Of a stretch of 64,000 nucleotides of DNA, positions 50,801-64,000 are shown in pieces (the stretch's first letter is position 1; the number at the start of each line of letters is the position of its first letter). This DNA is from Euglena gracilis (lineage: Eukaryota): contig CP154954.1 in NCBI GenBank assembly GCA_039621445.1, positions 35,387,703 to 35,451,702 on the forward strand. Reading direction: 5' to 3'. The notes beneath the pieces were generated by a model. The model ran no database searches and was not told the DNA's origin. It saw only the letters and a program-made list of their open reading frames with translations. A program made the translations under genes and the position numbers.

Positions 50801-53800
50801 GACCAAATTGGGCCTTACTCCGAGTAACCGAATGGGTGTTCCAGGAGGCCTCCAAAGTCAGGGGACCCGTTGGTTTCATGATTGTCGTGGTTTAATGGTA
50901 AGAAAAACATGCAGCCAGAAGGTTGGTTGCAAGAAATGAGCAGATTTAGATGGGTGCATTCGACCATTCCGGGGGACATTTACCAGGTCAGCCCAGGTTA
51001 CCATGTAAAAATGGACCAAATTGGGCCTTACTCCGAGTAACCGAATGGGTGTTCCAGGAGGCCTCCAAAGTCAGGGGACCCGTTGGTTTCATGATTGTCG
51101 TGGTTTAATGGTAAGAAAAACATGCAGCCGGAAGGTTGGTTGCAAGAAATGAGCAGATTTAGATGGGTGCATTCGACCGTTCCGGGGGACATTTACCAGG
51201 TCAGCCCAGGTTACCATGTAAAAATGGACCAAATTGGGCCTTACTCCGAGTAACCGAATGGGTGTTCCAGGAGGCCTCCAAAGTCAGGGGACCCGTTGGT
51301 TTCATGATTGTCGTGGTTTAATGGTAAGAAAAACATGCAGCGGGAATGTTGGTTGCAAGAAATGAGCAGATTTAGATGGGTGCATTCGACCATTCCGGGG
51401 GACATTTACCAGGTCAGCCCAGGTTACCATGTAAAAATGGACCAAATTGGGCCTTACTCCGAGTAACCGAATGGGTGTTCCAGGAGGCCTCCAAAGTCAG
51501 GGGACCCGTTGGTTTCATGATTGTCGTGGTTTAATGGTAAGAAAAACATGCAGCGGGAAGTTGGTTGCAAGAAATGAGCAGATTTAGATGGGTGCATTCG
51601 ACCATTCCGGGGGACATTTACCAGGTCAGCCCAGGTTACCATGTAAAAATGGACCAAATTGGGCCTTACTCCGAGTAACCGAATGGGTGTTCCAGGAGGC
51701 CTCCAAAGTCAGGGGACCCGTTGGTTTCATGATTGTCGTGGTTTAATGGTAAAAAAAACATGCAGCCGGGAGTGTTGGTTGCAAGAAATGAGCAGATTTA
51801 GATGGGTGCATTCGACCATTCCGGGGGACATTTACCAGGTCAGCCCAGGTTACCATGTAAAAATGGACCAAATTGGGCCTTACTCCGAGTAACCGAATGG
51901 GTGTTCCAGGAGGCCTCCAAAGTCAGGGGACCCGTTGGTTTCATGATTGTCGTGGTTTAATGGTAAAAAAAACATGCAGCGGAATGTTGGTTGCAAGAAA
52001 TGAGCAGATTTAGATGGGTGCATTCGACCATTCCGGGGGACATTTACCAGGTCAGCCCAGGTTACCATGTAAAAATGGACCAAATTGGGCCTTACTCCGA
52101 GTAACCGAATGGGTGTTCCAGGAGGCCTCCAAAGTCAGGGGACCCGTTGGTTTCATGATTGTCGTGGTTTAATGGTAAGAAAAACATGCAGCGGGAATGT
52201 TGGTTGCAAGAAATGAGCAGATTTAGATGGGTGCATTCGACCATTCCGGGGGACATTTACCAGGTCAGCCCAGGTTACCATGTAAAAATGGACCAAATTG
52301 GGCCTTACTCCGAGTTACCGAATGGGTGTTCCAGGAGGCCTCCAAAGTCAGGGGACCCGTTGGTTTCATGATTGTCGTGGTTTAATGGTAAGAAAAACAT
52401 GCAGCGGGAATGTTGGTTGCAAGAAATGAGCAGATTTAGATGGGTGCATTCGACCATTCCGGGGGACATTTACCAGGTCAGCCCAGGTTACCATGTAAAA
52501 ATGGACCAAATTGGGCCTTACTCCGAGTAACCGAATGGGTGTTCCAGGAGGCCTCCAAAGTCAGGGGACCCGTTGGTTTCATGATTGTCGTGGTTTAATG
52601 GTAAGAAAAACATGCAGCCAGAAGGTTGGTTGCAAGAAATGAGCAGATTTAGATGGGTGCATTCGACCATTCCGGGGGACATTTACCAGGTCAGCCCAGG
52701 TTACCATGTAAAAATGGACCAAATTGGGCCTTACTCCGAGTAACCGAATGGGTGTTCCAGGAGGCCTCCAAAGTCAGGGGACCCGTTGGTTTCATGATTG
52801 TCGTGGTTTAATGGTAAGAAAAACATGCACCGGGAATGTTGGTTGCAAGAAATGAGCAGATTTAGATGGGTGCATTCGACCATTCCGGGGGACATTTACC
52901 AGGTCAGCCCAGGTTACCATGTAAAAATGGACCAAATTGGGCCTTACTCCGAGTTACCGAATGGGTGTTCCAGGAGGCCTCCAAAGTCAGGGGACCCGTT
53001 GGTTTCATGATTGTCGTGGTTTAATGGTAAGAAAAACATGCAGCGGGAATGTTGGTTGCAAGAAATGAGCAGATTTAGATGGGTGCATTCGACCATTCCG
53101 GGGGACATTTACCAGGTCAGCCCAGGTTACCATGCAAAAATGGACCAAAATGGGTCTTACTCCGAGGAACCGAATGGGTGTTCCAGGAGGCCTCCAAAGT
53201 CAGGGGACCCGTTGGTTTCATGATTGTCGTGGTTTAATGGTAAGAAAAACATGCAGCGGGAATGTTGGTTGCAAGAAATGAGCAGATTTAGATGGGTGCA
53301 TTCGACCATTCCGGGGGACATTTACCAGGTCAGCCCAGGTTACCATGTAAAAATGGACCAAATTGGGCCTTACTCTGAGTAACCGAATGGGTGTTCCAGG
53401 AGGCCTCCAAAGTCAGGGGACCCGTTGGTTTCATGATTGTCGTGGTTTAATGGTAAGAAAAACATGCAGCCGGAAGGTTGGTTGCAAGAAATGAGCAGAT
53501 TTAGATGGGTGCATTCGACCATTCCGGGGGACATTTACCAGGTCAGCCCAGGTTACCATGTAAAAATGGACCAAATTGGGCAGTAACCGAATGGGTGTTC
53601 CAGGAGGCCTCCAAAGTCAGGGGACCCGTTGGTTTCATGATTGTCGTGGTTTAATGGTAAAAAAAACATGCAGCGGGAATGTTGGTTGCAAGAAATGAGC
53701 AGATTTAGATGGGTGCATTCGACCATTCCGGGGGACATTTACCAGGTCAGCCCAGGTTACCATGTAAAAATGGACCAAATTGGGCCTTACTCCGAGTAAC

Positions 53801-56800
53801 CGAATGGGTGTTCCAGGAGGCCTCCAAAGTCAGGGGACCCGTTGGTTTCATGATTGTCGTGGTTTAATGGTAAGAAAAACATGCACCGGGAATGTTGGTT
53901 GCAAGAAATGAGCAGATTTAGATGGGTGCATTCGACCATTCCGGGGGACATTTACCAGGTCAGCCCAGGTTACCATGTAAAAATGGACCAAATTGGGCCT
54001 TACTCCGAGTTACCGAATGGGTGTTCCAGGAGGCCTCCAAAGTCAGGGGACCCGTTGGTTTCATGATTGTCGTGGTTTAATGGTAGAAAAAACATGCAGC
54101 GGGAATGTTGGTTGCAAGAAATGAGCAGATTTAGATGGGTGCATTCGACCATTCCGGGGGACATTTACCAGGTCAGCCCAGGTTACCATGTAAAAATGGA
54201 CCAAATTGGGCCTTACTCCGAGTTACCGAATGGGTGTTCCAGGAGGCCTCCAAAGTCAGGGGACCCGTTGGTTTCATGATTGTCGTGGTTTAATGGTAAG
54301 AAAAACATGCAGCGGGAATGTTGGTTGCAAGAAATGAGCAGATTTAGATGGGTGCATTCGACCATTCCGGGGGACATTTACCAGGTCAGCCCAGGTTACC
54401 ATGTAAAAATGGACCAAATTGGGCCTTACTCAGAGTCACCGAATGGGTGCTCCAGGAGGCCTCCAAAGTCCAGGGGACCCGTTGGTTTCATGATTGTCGT
54501 GGTTTAATGGTAAGAAAAACATGCACCGGGAATGTTGGTTGCAAGAAATGAGCAGATTTAGATGGGTGCGTTCGACCATTCCGGGGGACATTTACCAGGT
54601 CAGCCCAGGTTACCATGTAAAAATGGACCAAATTGGGCCTTACTCCGAGTAACCGAACGGGTGTTCCAGGAGGCCTCCAAAGTCCAGGGGACCCGTTGGT
54701 TTCATGATTGTCGTGGTTTAATTGTAAGAAAAACATGCACCGGGAATGTTGGTTGCAAGAAATGAGCAGATTTAGATGGGTGCATTCGACCGTTCCGGGG
54801 GACATTTACCAGGTCAGCCCAGGTTACCATGTTAAAATGGACCAAATTGGGCCTTACTCCGAGTTACCGAATGGGTGTTCCAGGAGGCCTCCAAAGTCAG
54901 GGGACCCGTTGGTTTCATGATTGTCGTGGTTTAATGGTAAGAAAAACATGCACCGGGAATGTTGGTTGCAAGAAATGAGCAGATTTAGATGGGTGCATTC
55001 GACCATTCCGGGGGACATTTACCAGGTCAGCCCAGGTTACCATGTAAAAATGGACCAAATTGGGCCTTACTCCGAGTTACCGAATGGGTGTTCCAGGAGG
55101 CCTCCAAAGTCAGGGGACCCGTTGGTTTCATGATTGTCGTGGTTTAATGGTAAGAAAAACATGCAGCCGGAAGGTTGGTTGCAAGAAATGAGCAGATTTA
55201 GATGGGTGCATTCGACCATTCCGGGGGACATTTACCAGGTCAGCCCAGGTTACCATGTAAAAATGGACCAAATTGGGCCTTACTCCGAGTTACCGAATGG
55301 GTGTTCCAGGAGGCCTCCAAAGTCAGGGGACCCGTTGGTTTCATGATTGTCGTGGTTTAACGGTAAGAAAAACATGCAGCGGGAATGTTGGTTGCAAGAA
55401 ATGAGCAGATTTAGATGGGTGCATTCGACCATTCCGGGGGACATTTACCAGGTCAGCCCAGGTTACCATGTACAAATGGACCAAATTGGGCCTTACTCAG
55501 AGTCACCGAATCGGTGCTCCAGGAGGCCTCCAAAGTCAGGGGACCCGTTGGTTTCATGATTGTCGTGGTTTAATGGTAAGAAAAACATGCAGCGGGAATG
55601 TTGGTTGCAAGAAATGAGCAGATTTAGATGGGTGCGTTCGACCATTCCGGGGGACATTTACCAGGTCAGCCCAGGTTACCATGTAAAAATGGACCAAATT
55701 GGGCCTTACATCGAGTTACCGAATGGGTGTTCCAGGAGGCCTCCAAAGTCAGGGGACCCGTTGGTTTCATGATTGTCGTGGTTTAATGGTAAGAAAAACA
55801 TGCAGCGGGAATGTTGGTTGCAAGAAATGAGCAGATTTAGATGGGTGCATTCGACCATTCCGGGGGACATTTACCAGGTCAGCCCAGGTTACCATGTAAA
55901 AATGGACCAAAATGGGCCTTACTCCGAGTAACCGAATGGGTGTTCCAGGAGGCCTCCAAAGTCAGGGGACCCGTTGGTTTCATGATTGTCGTGGTTTAAT
56001 GGTAAGAAAAACATGCACCGGGAATGTTGGTTGCAAGAAATGAGCAGATTTAGATGGGTGCGTTCGACCATTCCGGGGGACATTTACCAGGTCAGCCCAG
56101 GTTACCATGTAAAAATGGACCAAATTGGGCCTTACTCAGAGTCACCGAATGGGTGCTCCAGGAGGCCTCCAAAGTCAGGGGACCCGTTGGTTTCATGATT
56201 GTCGTGGTTTAATGGTAAGAAAAACATGCACCGGGAATGTTGGTTGCAAGAAATGAGCAGATTTAGATGGGTGCGTTCGACCATTCCGGGGGACATTTAC
56301 CAGGTCAGCCCAGGTTACCATGTAAAAATGGACCAAATTGGGCCTTACTCCGAGTTACCGAATGGGTGTTCCAGGAGGCCTCCAAAGTCCAGGGGACCCG
56401 TTGGTTTCATGATTGTCGTGGTTTAATGGTAAGAAAAACATGCACCGGGAATGTTGGTTGCAAGAAATGAGCAGATTTAGATGGGTGCATTCGACCATTC
56501 CGGGGGACATTTACCAGGTCAGCCCAGGTTACCATGTAAAATGGACCAAATTGGGCCTTACTCCGAGTTACCGAATGGGTGTTCCAGGAGGCCTCCAAAG
56601 TCAGGGGACCCGTTGGTTTCATGATTGTCGTGGTTTAATGGTAAGAAAAACATGCACCGGGAATGTTGGTTGCAAGAAATGAGCAGATTTAGATGGGTGC
56701 TTTCGACCATTCCGGGGGACATTTACCAGGTCAGCCCAGGTTACCATGTAAAAATGGACCAAATTGGGCCTTACTCCGAGTTACCGAATGGGTGTTCCAG

Positions 56801-59800
56801 GAGGCCTCCAAAGTCAGGGGACCCGTTGGTTTCATGATTGTCGTGGTTTAATGGTAAGAAAAACATGCAGCCGGAAGGTTGGTTGCAAGAAATGAGCAGA
56901 TTTAGATGGGTGCATTCGACCATTCCGGGGGACATTTACCAGGTCAGCCCAGGTTACCATGTAAAAATGGACCAAATTGGGCCTTACTCCGAGTTACCGA
57001 ATGGGTGTTCCAGGAGGCCTCCAAAGTCAGGGGACCCGTTGGTTTCATGATTGTCGTGGTTTAACGGTAAGAAAAACATGCAGCGGGAATGTTGGTTGCA
57101 AGAAATGAGCAGATTTAGATGGGTGCATTCGACCATTCCGGGGGACATTTACCAGGTCAGCCCAGGTTACCATGTATAAATGGACCAAATTGGGCCTTAC
57201 TCAGAGTCACCGAATCGGTGCTCCAGGAGGCCTCCAAAGTCCAGGGGACCCGTTGGTTTCATGATTGTCGTGGTTTAATGGTAAGAAAAACATGCAGCGG
57301 GAATGTTGGTTGCAAGAAATGAGCAGATTTAGATGGGTGCGTTCGACCATTCCGGGGGACATTTACCAGGTCAGCCCAGGTTACCATGTAAAAATGGACC
57401 AAATTGGGCCTTACATCGAGTTACCGAATGGGTGTTCCAGGAGGCCTCCAAAGTCAGGGGACCCGTTGGTTTCATGATTGTCGTGGTTTAATGGTAAGAA
57501 AAACATGCAGCGGGAATGTTGGTTGCAAGAAAGGAGCAGATTTAGATGGGTGCACTCGACCATTCCGGGGGACATTTACCAGGTCAGCCCAGGTTACCAT
57601 GTAAAAAAGGACCAAAATGGGCCTTACTCCGAGTAACCGAATGGGTGTTCCAGGAGGCCTCCAAAGTCAGGGGACCCGTTGGTTTCATGATTGTCGTGGT
57701 TTAATGGTAAGAAAAACATGCAGCCGGAAGGTTGGTTGCAAGAAATGAGCAGATTTAGATGGGTTCATTCGACCATTCCGGGGGACATTTACCAGGTCAG
57801 CCCAGGTTACCATGTAAAAATGGACCAAATTGGGCCTTACTCCGAGTTACCGAATGGGTGTTCCAGGAGGCCTCCAAAGTCAGGGGACCCGTTGGTTTCA
57901 TGATTGTCGTGGTTTCATGGTAAGAAAAACATGCAGCGGGAATGTTGGTTGCAAGAAACGAGCAGATTTAGATGGGTGCATTCGACCATTCCGGGGGACA
58001 TTTACCAGGTCAGCCCAGGTTACCATGTAAAAATGGACCAAATTGGGCCTTACTCCGAGTAACCGAATGGGTGTTCCAGGAGGCCTCCAAAGTCAGGGGA
58101 CCCGTTGGTTTCATGATTGTCGTGGTTTCATGGTAAGAAAAACATGCAGCGGGAATGTTGGTTGCAAGAAATGAGCAGATTTAGATGGGTGCATTCGACC
58201 ATTCCGGGGGACATTTACCAGGTCAGCCCAGGTTACCATGTATAAATGGACCAAATTGGGCCTTACTCAGAGTCACCGAATGGGTGCTCCAGGAGGCCTC
58301 CAAAGTCCAGGGGACCCGTTGGTTTATTGATTGTCGTGGTTTAATGGTAAGAAAAACATGCAGCGGGAATGTTGGTTGCAAGAAATGAGCAGATTTAGAT
58401 GGGTGCGTTCGACCATTCGGGGGGACATTTACCAGGTCAGCCCAGGTTACCATGTAAAAATGGACCAAATTGGGCCTTACTCCGAGTTACCGAATGGGTT
58501 CTCCAGGAGGCCTCCAAAGTCAGGGGACCCGTTGGGTTCATGATTGTCGTGGTTTAATGGTAAGAAAAACATGCAGCGGGAATGTTGGTTGCAAGAAATG
58601 AGCAGATTTAGATGGGTGCGTTCGACCATTCGGGGGGACATTTACCAGGTCAGCCCAGGTTACCATGTATAAATGGACCAAATTGGGCCTTACTCAGAGT
58701 CACCGAATGGGTGCTCCAGGAGGCCTCCAAAGTCCAGGGGACCCGTTGGTTTATTGATTGTCGTGGTTTAATGGTAAGAAAAACATGCAGCGGGAAGGTT
58801 GGTTGCAAGAAAAGAGCAGATTTAGATGGGTGCATTCGACCATTCCGGGGGACATTTACCAGGTCAGCCCAGGTTACCATGTATAAATGGACCAAATTGG
58901 GCCTTACTCAGAGTCACCGAATGGGTGCTCCAGGAGGCCTCCAAAGTCCAGGGGACCCGTTGGTTTCATGATTGTCGTGGTTTAATGGTAAGAAAAAACA
59001 TGCAGCGGAAATGTTGGTTGCAAGAAATGAGCAGATTTAGATGGGGGCATTCGACCATTCCGGGGGACATTTACCAGGTCAGCCCAGGTTACCATGTAAA
59101 AATGGACCAAATTGGGCCTTACTCCGAGTTACCGAATGGGTGTTCCAGGAGGCCTCCAAAGTCAGGGGACCCGTTGGTTTCATGATTGTCGTGGTTTAAT
59201 GGTAAGAAAAACATGCAGCGGGAATGTCGGTTGCAAGAAATGAGCAGATTCAGATGGGTGCATTCGACCATTCCGGGGGACATTTACCAGGTCAGCCCAG
59301 GTTACCATGTAAAAATGGACCAAATTGGGCCTTACTCCGAGTTACCGAATGGGTGTTCCAGGAGGCCTCCAAAGTCAGGGGACCCGTTGGTTTCATGATT
59401 GTCGTGGTTTAATGGTAAGAAAAACATGCAGCGGGAATGTTGGTTGCAAGAAAGGAGCAGGTTTAGATGGGTGCGTTCGACCATTCCGGGGGACATTTAC
59501 CAGGTCAGCCCAGGTTACCATGTAAAAATGGACCAAAATGGGCCTTACTCCGAGTAACCGAATGGGTGTTCCAGGAGGCCTCCAAAGTCAGGGGACCCGT
59601 TGGTTTCATGATTGTCGTGGTTTAATGGTAAGAAAAACATGCAGCCGGAAGGTTGGTTGCAAGAAATGAGCAGATTTAGATGGGTGCATTCGACCATTCC
59701 GGGGGACATTTACCAGGTCAGCCCAGGTTACCATGTAAAAATGGACCACATTGGGCCTTACTCCGAGTAACCGAATGGGTGTTCCAGGAGGCCTCCAAAG

Positions 59801-62800
59801 TCAGGGGACCCGTTGGTTTCATGATTGTCGTGGTTTAATGGTAAGAAAAACATGCAGCCGGAAGGTTGGTTGCAAGAAAGGAGCAGATTTAGATGGGTGC
59901 ATTCGACCATTCCGGGGGACATTTACCAGGTCAGCCCAGGTTACCATGTAAAAATGGACCAAATTGGGCCTTACTCCGAGTTACCGAATGGGTGTTCCAT
60001 GAGGCCTCCAAAGTCAGGGGACCCGTTGGTTTCATGATTGTCGTGGTTTAATGGTAAGAAGAACATGCAGCCGGAAGGTTGGTTGCAAGAAATGAGCAGA
60101 TTTAGATGGGTGCATTCGACCATTCCGGGGGACATTTACCAGGTCAGCCCAGGTTACCATGTAAAAATGGACCAAATTGGGCGTTACTCCGAGTTACCGA
60201 ATGGGTGTTCCAGGAGGCCTCCAAAGTCAGGGGACCCGTTGGTCTCATGATTGTCGTGGTTTAATGGTAAGAAAAACATGCAGCCGGAAGGTTGGTTGCA
60301 AGAAATGAGCAGATTTAGATGGGTGCATTCGACCATTCCGGGGGACATTTACCAGGTCAGCCCAGGTTACCATGTAAAAATGGACCAAATTGGGCGTTAC
60401 TCCGAGTTACCGAATGGGTGTTCCAGGAGGCCTCCAAAGTCAGGGGACCCGTTGGTTTCATGATTGTCGTTGTTTAATGGTAAGAAAAACATGCAGCCGG
60501 AAGGTTGGTTGCAAGAAATGAGCAGATTTAGATGGGTGCATTCGACCATTCCGGGGACATTTACCAGGTCAGCCCAGGTTACCATGTATAAATGGACCAA
60601 ATTGGGCCTTACTCCGAGTCACCGAATGGGTGTTCCAGGAGGCCTCCAAGGTCAGGGGACCCGTTGGTTTCATGATTGTCGTGGTTTAATGGTAAGAAAA
60701 ACATGCAGCGGGAAGGTATGTTGCAAGAAATGAGCAGATTTAGATGGGTGCATTCGACCATTCCGGGGGACATTTACCAGGTCAGCCCAGGTTACCATGT
60801 AAAAATGGACCAAATTGGGCCTTACTCCGAGTCACCGAATGGGTGTTCCAGGAGGCCTCCAAAGTCAGGGGACCCGTTGGTTTCATGATTGTCGTGGTTT
60901 AATGGTAAGAAAAACATGCAGCGGGAAGGTTGGTTGCAAGAAATGAGCAGATTTAGATGGGTGCATTCGACCATTCCGGGGGACATTTACCAGGTCAGCC
61001 CAGGTTACCATGTAAAAATGGACCAAATTGGGCCTTACTCCGAGTTACCGAATGGGTGTTCCAGGAGGCCTCCAAAGTCAGGGGACCCGTTGGTTTCATG
61101 ATTGTCGTTGTTTAATGGTAAGAAAAACATGCAGCCGGAAGGTTGGTTGCAAGAAATGAGCAGATTTAGATGGGTGCATTCGACCATTCCGGGGGGACAT
61201 TTACCAGGTCAGCCCAGGTTACCATGTAAAAATGGACCAAATTGGGCCTTACTCCGAGTTACCGAATGGGTGTTCCAGGAGGCCTCCAAAGTCAGGGGAC
61301 CCGTTGGTTTCATGATTGTCGTGGTTTAATGGTAAGAAAAACATGCAGCCGGAAGGTTGGTTGCAAGAAATGAGCAGATTTAGATGGGTGCATTCGACCA
61401 TTCCGGGGGACATTTACCAGGTCAGCCCAGGTTACCATGTATAAATGGACCAAATTGGGCCTTACTCCGAGTCACCGAATGGGTGTTCCAGGAGGCCTCC
61501 AAGGTCAGGGGACCCGTTGGTTTCATGATTGTCGTGGTTTAATGGTAAGAAAAACATGCAGCCGGAAGGTTGGTTGCAAGAAATGAGCAGATTTAGATGG
61601 GTGCATTCGACCATTCCGGGGGACATTTACCAGGTCAGCCCAGGTTACCATGTAAAAATGGACCAAATTGGGCCTTACTCCGAGTAACCGAATGGGTGTT
61701 CCAGGAGGCCTCCAAAGTCAGGGGACCCGTTGGTTTCATGATTGTCGTGGTTTAATGGTAAGAAAAACATGCAGCCGGAAGGTTGGTTGCAAGAAATGAG
61801 CAGATTTAGATGGGTGCATTCGACCATTCCGGGGGACATTTACCAGGTCAGCCCAGGTTACCATGTAAAAATGGACCAAATTGGGCCTTACTCCGAGTTA
61901 CCGAATGGGTGTTCCAGGAGGCCTCCAAAGTCAGGGGACCCGTTGGTTTCATGATTGTCGTGGTTTAATGGTAAGAAAAACATGCAGCGGGAATGTTGGT
62001 TGGAAGAAATGAGCAGACTTAGATGGGTGCGTTCGACCATTCCGGGGGACATTTACCAGGTCAGCCCAGGTTACCATGTATAAATGGACCAAATTGGGCC
62101 TTACTCCGAGTTACCGAATGGGTGTTCCAGGAGGCCTCCAAAGTCAGGGGACCCGTTGGTTTCATGATTGTCGTGGTTTAATGGTAAGAAAAACATGCAG
62201 CCGGAAGGTTGGTTGCAAGAAATGAGCAGATTTAGATGGGTGCATTCGACCATTCCGGGGGACATTTACCAGGTCAGCCCAGGTTACCATGTAAAAATGG
62301 ACCAAATTGGGCCTTACTCCGAGTAACCGAATGGGTGTTCCAGGAGGCCTCCAAAGTCAGGGGACCCGTTGGTTTCATGATTGTCGTGGTTTAATGGTAA
62401 GAAAAACATGCAGCCGGAAGGTTGGTTGCAAGAAATGAGCAGATTTAGATGGGTGCATTCGACCATTCCGGGGGACATTTACCAGGTCAGCCCAGGTTAC
62501 CATGTAAAAATGGACCAAATTGGGCCTTACTCCGAGTTACCGAATGGGTGTTCCAGGAGGCCTCCAAAGTCAGGGGACCCGTTGGTTTCATGATTGTCGT
62601 GGTTTAATGGTAAGAAAAACATGCAGCGGAATGTTGGTTGCAAGAAATGAGCAGATTTAGATGGGTGCATTCGACCATTCCGGGGGACATTTACCAGGTC
62701 AGCCCAGGTTACCATGTATAAATGGACCAAATTGGGCCTTACTCCGAGTCACCGAATGGGTGTTCCAGGAGGCCTCCAAAGTCAGGGGACCCGTTGGTTT

Positions 62801-63715
62801 CATGATTGTCGTGGTTTAATGGTAAGAAAAACAAGGTATGTTGCAAGAAATGAGCAGATTTAGATGGGTGCGTTCGACCATTCCGGGGGACATTTACCAG
62901 GTCAGCCCAGGTTACCATGTAAAAATGGACCAAATTGGGCCTTACTCCGAGTTACCGAATGGGTGTTCCAGGAGGCCTCCAAAGTCAGGGACCCGTTGGT
63001 TTCATGATTGTCGTGGTTTAATGGTAAGAAAAACATGCAGCGGGAATGTTGGTTGCAAGAAATGAGCAGATTTAGATGGGTGCATTCGACCATTCCGGGG
63101 GACATTTACCAGGTCAGCCCAGGTTACCATGTAAAAATGGACCAAATTGGGCCTTACTCCGAGTTACCGAATGGGTGTTCCAGGAGGCCTCCAAAGTCAG
63201 GGGACCCGTTGGTTTCATGATTGTCGTGGTTTAATGGTAAGAAAAACATGCAGCGGGAATGTTGGTTGCAAGAAATGAGCAGATTTAGATGGGTGCATTC
63301 GACCATTCCGGGGGACATTTACCAGGTCAGCCCAGGTTACCATGTAAAAATGGACCAAATTGGGCCTTACTCCGAGTTACCGAATGGGTGTTCCAGGAGG
63401 CCTCCAAAGTCAGGGGACCCGTTGGTTTCATGATTGTCGTGGTTTAATGGTAAGAAAAAGATGCAGCGCGAATGTTGGTTGCAAGAAATGAGCAGATTTA
63501 GATGGGTGCATTCGACCATTCCGGGGGACATTTACCAGGTCAGCCCAGGTTACCATGTAAAAATGGACCAAATTGGGCCTTACTCCGAGTAACGAAAGGG
63601 TGTTCCAGGAGGCCTCCAAAGTCAGGGGACCCGTTGGTTTCACGATTGTCGTGGTTTAATGGTAAGAAAAACATGCAGCGGGAATGTTGGTTGCAAGAAA
63701 TGAGCAGATTTAGAT
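44654..63715. repeat. 213-bp tandem satellite array 2 (~89 monomers), same family and orientation as array 1
   Basis: Same consensus and 213-nt period (e.g. 54708, 54921, 55134, 55347). Confidence 0.98.
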
Positions 63716-64000
63716 CAGTCGTCAAGCTTGAGGTTTGAGTACTTGAAGGCGTCCTTGAACTTTCTGTTCAAGGTGGAGTATTCCTCCAGTGGCTTCTCGG
63801 CACTCGGCACGATTGTGCGAACTGCGCCTTCCGCAGTGTGCCAGAAGGTACCTCGCAGGCAGTTGACGCAGAGTACTGGTACATTCGTACCATCTCGCTC
63901 CGTGTAGCCAAAATTGTGCTTGTGGGTCCAACTGTCCACGCACTTGGCACATACCAAGGCGGCACAGTTGGGTATGTACATATCCTTGTGGAACGATTTC
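63716..64000 (-). mobile_element. Fragment of a third, diverged element (C): RING-like part of the accessory ORF, truncated by satellite; continues beyond the right edge
   Basis: KSFHKDMYIPNCAALVCAKCVDSWTHKHNF...NVPVLCVNCLR...IVPSAEKPLEE aligns with KNFHHNEFVPNTAALICGDCMLAWRKLNNF...DVPVFCVNCLR...IVPGNEEVLED of ORF 2828-4744. The stop codon straddles the satellite junction. Confidence 0.8.

Noticed and set aside
5561-63715. Well over a hundred 60-115 aa ORFs (MSWFNGKKNMQ..., MGLTPS..., MVHFYMV...) suggesting a tandem gene family
   Set aside because: These are translations of the 213-bp monomer. The main ORF starts at TTG, is opened or closed by one polymorphic base (gagtaa/gagtta), and indels are tolerated.

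Overview
This is a eukaryotic, centromere- or heterochromatin-like window. About 49 kb is a highly homogeneous 213-bp tandem satellite in two blocks (5561-35392 and 44654-63715). It abuts or contains three pieces of one unusual Ty3/Gypsy (chromovirus-type) LTR retrotransposon clade. Element A (1-5560, +) is a 3' end with a long accessory ORF, a polypurine tract and a ~433-bp LTR joined directly to the satellite. Element B (35393-44653, -) is a 9.3-kb internal fragment with no LTRs. Its order is gag (two CCHC knuckles), TAG plus hairpin, protease, a Dam/DIRS-like N6-adenine DNA methyltransferase-like domain, RT, RNase H, integrase, chromodomain and accessory ORF. Element C (63716-64000, -) is a piece of a third, diverged accessory ORF. 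The most notable signals are an amino-methyltransferase-like domain between protease and RT, a probable gag-pol stop-readthrough signal, a large unrecognised Zn/RING-like accessory protein shared by all three copies, and a ~24-27 kb macro-duplication visible in the order of satellite variants. Many frameshifts fall in homopolymers and may be long-read errors. All protein assignments come from motif recognition by eye; no database searches were run.
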